Shown here piece after piece: positions 59,608 through 64,000 of a stretch of DNA of 64,000 nt (its first letter is position 1; each line of letters begins with the position of its first letter). Source of the DNA: Azolla caroliniana. Lineage: Eukaryota > Plantae > Polypodiophyta. The notes under the pieces were generated by a model, which did no database searches, had not been told where the DNA came from, and worked only from the letters and a program-made list of their open reading frames with translations. A program made the translations under genes and the position numbers. The stretch covers positions 9,982,001 through 10,046,000 of the forward strand of contig JBHGNT010000013.1 in NCBI GenBank assembly GCA_043228905.1, in the 5' to 3' direction.

Positions 59608-60022
59608 TCAAATTTTAGGTCAATGCTTGTGATCATTGCAAATACATCAACCATCACAACTCCCACAAGAGAAATAGTCTTCACACTTTCTCATGATTCC
59701 TCCCATAAAGACTAAAGTGTCATTTAACATTATACATAAGCTAAGCAAAAAGATCAAGGCTTAACCAATAAAGACATATTTTGTCAAGCTTATAGATCTA
59801 GTCATCTAGTTTATCCTTTATTGTTTCAAATTTAGGTCAATGTTTGTGATCATGCAAATGCATTGATCATCACAAATCCCACAACAAGAGAAATTGTCTT
59901 TACACTTTCTTACAATTCATCCAATTAAGACTAATGTGTTAAACATTACACATAGTCTAAGCAAAAAAATTAAGGTTGAACCAATGAAGACATTTTCTCA
60001 AGCTTATAGATCTAGTCATCTA
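59608..60022. repeat. Old tandem duplication of about 200 bp downstream of COG4
   Basis: TCAAATTT(T)AGGTCAATG...CAAGCTTATAGATCTAGTCATCTAG occurs at about 59608-59808 and 59826-60022. Confidence 0.8.
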
Positions 60023-61037
60023 GGGATGACTTCTTATATTTTCCCATTGCTTTCCTCAAGTGTTCCTGACATTTCTCTTTATTTTATCTTCATTCCCACA
60101 TTTACCACAACATATATGTGATTCTTAATTTAAATCTAGCTCCCCATAGAGTTGATTCTCACTTGGTATGCTCCTAATTTCAATGGACGGTCAGATCCAT
60201 AAGTTCTGAATATCTTAGTGAACAAAGAATATTAAATATGTGAACCACTATTTAGTAAACGTTATACTCATTATCAAGCAAGCATTAATCAAATTTAGGC
60301 ATTAGTACGGTGCAAAGAAAATAATACTGGAAGAAAAGAACAATAGTTCCAATTCATTGTTAAATAATAGAGAACTTGGAACAATATAAATAGATTGAAG
60401 AGAAGGCAAGTTATTTTCATTTGTGTAAACTATCTTCAATTTGGTTGGGCCTAAATTTAGTATATCTAGGTGTCATAACACCTGCACAGTACAATAAACA
60501 AAAATCGAAATTATATGGCCCACAATAAAATCCTTTTGTTTCAAGCATTACATTAGGGTTCCTGAAAATGACAGCATTTTCAAATAAAGAAAAATCCAGT
60601 TTAAAAAGCAGAGGACAAGACCAAGAATTGAAAGCTAATATGTAGAGCCAACTTAGTGAAATAGTGATACATAGTAACTTAGAGAACCAGATCTAACTAA
60701 CATCTTTAAAGAAGCATCTTAGCACACATTAATGTTAAGTAATGCTTTTACAATTGAACAAATTCATCTAGTGAAAATGGCATCACCTGCTAAATGTTTC
60801 AAGTTATTTGCAACTTCTTATGATGTGCCATCTGCTGCCTCATACAATGGCTTCTAAGGCATGAAAAACAAATCCAGAAAATTTTACATCCGCCTAGAGA
60901 AACCTATTGAATTTGACAACCTTCTAGAAAATATAGCATATCATCAAGCTGACTCGGGATTCCGCTTATTTCAGTGTGAGAATAATCATTAAAGATCATA
61001 TCCTGAAGGATTCCAAGGAGTTCTCAAAAAATTCAAA

Positions 61038-61658
61038 TTACCCAAGTCTGACTATTTGGATAGCCTCTGGCTTAAAATCAATACGCAATCCCAAAATGCG
61101 ACGAGCTTCAGCTGGTGTAAACCTCCACGTCATCTCCCCCCAATAATCCTCTATCTCAGTTACCTTTTCCAGGTTCAGTATAGTTGCCATCTGTGTGAGA
61201 CGAGCAAATTTATCTCTTACTGTCCGTTGGGTCATACTGGAAAAATGGCCGACCAATGTCCTTGTGTCTCTATCAAGCTGCAATCCACCCAACTGATTGA
61301 ACCTCTTCTGAGTTATGATCACTTCCAATCTCTTTACTATGAAATCAATGAGAAAGTGCACTAAAGAGTCATAGTTGTTGGTGGTCATCACAGGCTGCAA
61401 CCATGTTACATTTGTATCAACAGCATATAGTAGCTTCTGAACCCAAGGATTATTCACTTCATTCTCCGCATATTGAGCCTCCGTTAGCTCATAGCTGATT
61501 GTGCCTACTGCATCAAGTATTGGACGGAGGCGGGATGTTATACTATTTGCGAGTTGTTCCATGCCTCCGCTTAGCAACTGTCTGAAAATGTTGCTCGTGT
61601 CGGCAAGCTCCGTGAGGCATGATTTCGCTTTGTCCCTGTCAGCTGGTGCTGAGAAGGT
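61038..61658 (-). CDS. COG4: COG4 exon 2 (spliced product about 770 aa)
   Basis: Acceptor TTTTGCAG ending at 61659; in-frame join EEHCTE|TFSAPADRDKAKSCL; motifs FNQLGGLQLDRD, VRDKFARLTQMATILNLE, TWRFTPAE. Confidence 0.92.
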   Translation of the reverse strand, partial: TFSAPADRDKAKSCLTELADTSNIFRQLLSGGMEQLANSITSRLRPILDAVGTISYELTEAQYAENEVNNPWVQKLLYAVDTNVTWLQPVMTTNNYDSLVHFLIDFIVKRLEVIITQKRFNQLGGLQLDRDTRTLVGHFSSMTQRTVRDKFARLTQMATILNLEKVTEIEDYWGEMTWRFTPAEARRILGLRIDFKPEAIQIVRLG

Positions 61659-62219
61659 CTGCAAAAACCCATAAATGAATGCTGCTTTTTCAGTAGACTA
61701 AATAATAAGAATTTCTACTTTAGAAAACTCGGCAAAAAGGATGATTTATGCACACCCTACGGGCAACCATTTAATGGAAACAGAAATTTCAAACCGATGA
61801 TCCTAGTGTTGTGCAGAGAATAGGTGTCCCTCATTCATTAAAAATGCCAGTGGAATTTTTGACGCTCCTTGTGGAAAATATTTTTAAAGGAAACAAAAAT
61901 CAGACAGAAGTAAATACTATATATTTAAGATATTTTATCATACTTCCATATTATTGCATGCATGGAAAAGAAATTGAATATGTTTAAGATCAAGATATTT
62001 CCCATGAAAACTATCTACAAGGAATAAAAGAAATCAATAAGAAAATATAACTTTTCTATTGAATTGCTATAAACATGTGGCATTTTGCCATAATTTCCTA
62101 TAATTTTTGATGCATGAAAATGTAGCTGGGCCAATTAGCAAAGACATTTCCAAAGTAAATTATTTCTGGTTAGTAATGAAAAATTCCTAAACACTTGAAT
62201 GTTTTCTTTAATAACTTAC

Positions 62220-63911
62220 TTCTGTGCAGTGTTCCTCCAGATCATGTCGCAATTTGATGATATATTCAGCACTAATGTCGACATCATTTAATGCCACTGC
62301 AACCTCAGTTCCCAGCTTTAACTGCACTCCAGAACCTCCGGCATAAGGCTTTCCTGCTAAATTCGGTTCACGCAACTTTCTATGTAAAGCTTCTTTATAC
62401 TCATTGTTCAACAGATTGACAGAATTATTAACCGTTGCAAGAACTGATTGTAAATTCAATGTTGATATTGCTCTTCTTGTGCACTGCTGTAGAACATAAA
62501 ATACATCATCTACCATGGACGTGGTCAGAGCATCTACTATGTACTCATCTATTTTGATTGCTTTCTTTACATTTTCTGCCATGAAGTACTCCTCGAGGAT
62601 GATGTAATGCATTGACAACTCTTGAACTGCTCTACTGAAGCCCCCTGTTCGGAGGAGATTTGTTGCTCGGGGGCTTATCTGGCCTCCTGCAGACTCTGCA
62701 TCTCTCATCTTTGTTATCATAAAGAGCGCATAGTCTTCACTTATCTGGCTAAGAGAAACCATTTCTTCAAGGTAAATTCCAACCTCCCGAGGATCTGGAT
62801 TATCGGCATTTCCAACCGTGATGATATTTTTGTTTGTATGTGTACTACATTCTTTAGCCAACCGACCCAACTTACGGAAATCCATATATCTCTTTAAGAT
62901 TAGAGTACCTCTTGAATCGCATTCTTGTTGAAGCTCCCTGACTGCGTGTAGAATGCCATCCTCACCACAAAGCAATCTCAAAATCTCTTCATTTTCTTGC
63001 ACGGCAAGAGCAATATCCTTAAATAAAGTACCAAGAACCCCAACAAAATCAGGAGTTATCCCTCCAGATGTGAAGTGTTCAATTGCATCAACAAGGCCAT
63101 CAAATTCTTCTTTAGCTCGGGAAACTATCACTTTTCTCAAATAATTCACAAAGGTTTGCAATCCTTCTTCCTCAATGGTGAGGGGTGAGAAAAGCTTCAC
63201 AAATCTAACCACAGTTTGATGATCTCTTTCTTCAATGGCAGAAGTGAGATTCTTCCGGATCAGATTCTCAAGCTTTTCTTTATATTCAAAAAGCTGAGCT
63301 CTTTGTTCACTATTAGTCTGTTCTTTACCTTCTCCGACAACAGCGGGATTGCTGTACTGAGCATCAAGATGCAAGAAAGTCTGTATAAACCTAGCAGCAG
63401 ATTCATAATCAAGGGAATCTAATGCTTGTTTAGCGCCATCGATACAATTAGATCTCTCGACAATAGCATCGATATGAGCCAATGTCATCTGCACACGCGA
63501 CTGTGCGCTATCAAGTTCTCTTACCTTCCCGCTCACATGTTCTGCCAATTGACATGTGGAAGCCACACTGGCTAGCATCTGGTCTGAATCATCCTTAACT
63601 ATCTCTATAACTTCACCCGACGTGAGCAAAAGGGAAGAGATTTTTCTGTCTAGATCGGGGCGTTGTGAGAAGAGAGCTTCCATGTCTGCTTCTATGTCTC
63701 TCTGGTAAGCGATCGTTTCGTGCAAGAGACGAGTCATTGCGCTCAGATCTGTGAGACCACGGATGTGATCGAGCATACCAGGAGCAAAATGAAGAGTGGA
63801 AGAAGATGGATCACTCGCCTCTTGATTCTGAGCCTGGAGCGATCGTGGGGATTGCTGTGGGGAGGAGCTCGGCATGGCTGCTGCTGCTCTCATGACAGCC
63901 AGGGTTGCCAT
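62220..63911 (-). CDS. COG4: Conserved oligomeric Golgi complex subunit 4, exon 1
   Basis: ATG at 63911; motifs MTRLLHETIAYQR, VSGKVRELDSAQSRV, LQQECDSRG, TTSMVDDVFYVLQ typical of plant COG4; donor GTAAGT at 62219. Confidence 0.92.
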
Positions 63912-64000
63912 TGATCGAATCGAGACGCAGACGCAGTGGAGGGGGAAATCACTCACTCAGTTTCTCTCTTTCTCCTGCATAAGCATTTTATTTACCAACA

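Noticed and set aside
63912-63956. Upstream extension of the COG4 ORF (MSDFPLHC...)
   Set aside because: Begins at a GTG in the ORF track; the first ATG is at 63911, so this is probably 5' UTR.

Overview
Land-plant genomic window, probably from a non-seed plant (inferred only from the transposon lineages present). About 58 kb is a stack of nested transposable elements, followed by one intact two-exon host gene, COG4, on the minus strand at the right end. Nest 1: decayed Met-primed gypsy G contains copia A, which contains tRNA-Trp-primed gypsy B, which contains a very young, apparently self-priming chromovirus C and copia D. Nest 2: Tnt1/Tork-like copia E contains Trp-primed gypsy F, which contains a copia solo LTR; a truncated Arg-primed gypsy H abuts E. 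Between the nests is a block with two head-to-tail RTE-type LINE copies embedded in a structured CATA-rich satellite, plus a hAT transposon with an open ORF. Most notable signal: all three independent Trp-primed gypsy insertions (one non-autonomous, gag-only) have the same 4-bp target-site duplication, ACGT, whereas the other LTR insertions with scorable TSDs have differing 5-bp TSDs. This suggests a sequence-specific integrating lineage. All coordinates and alignments were made by eye.
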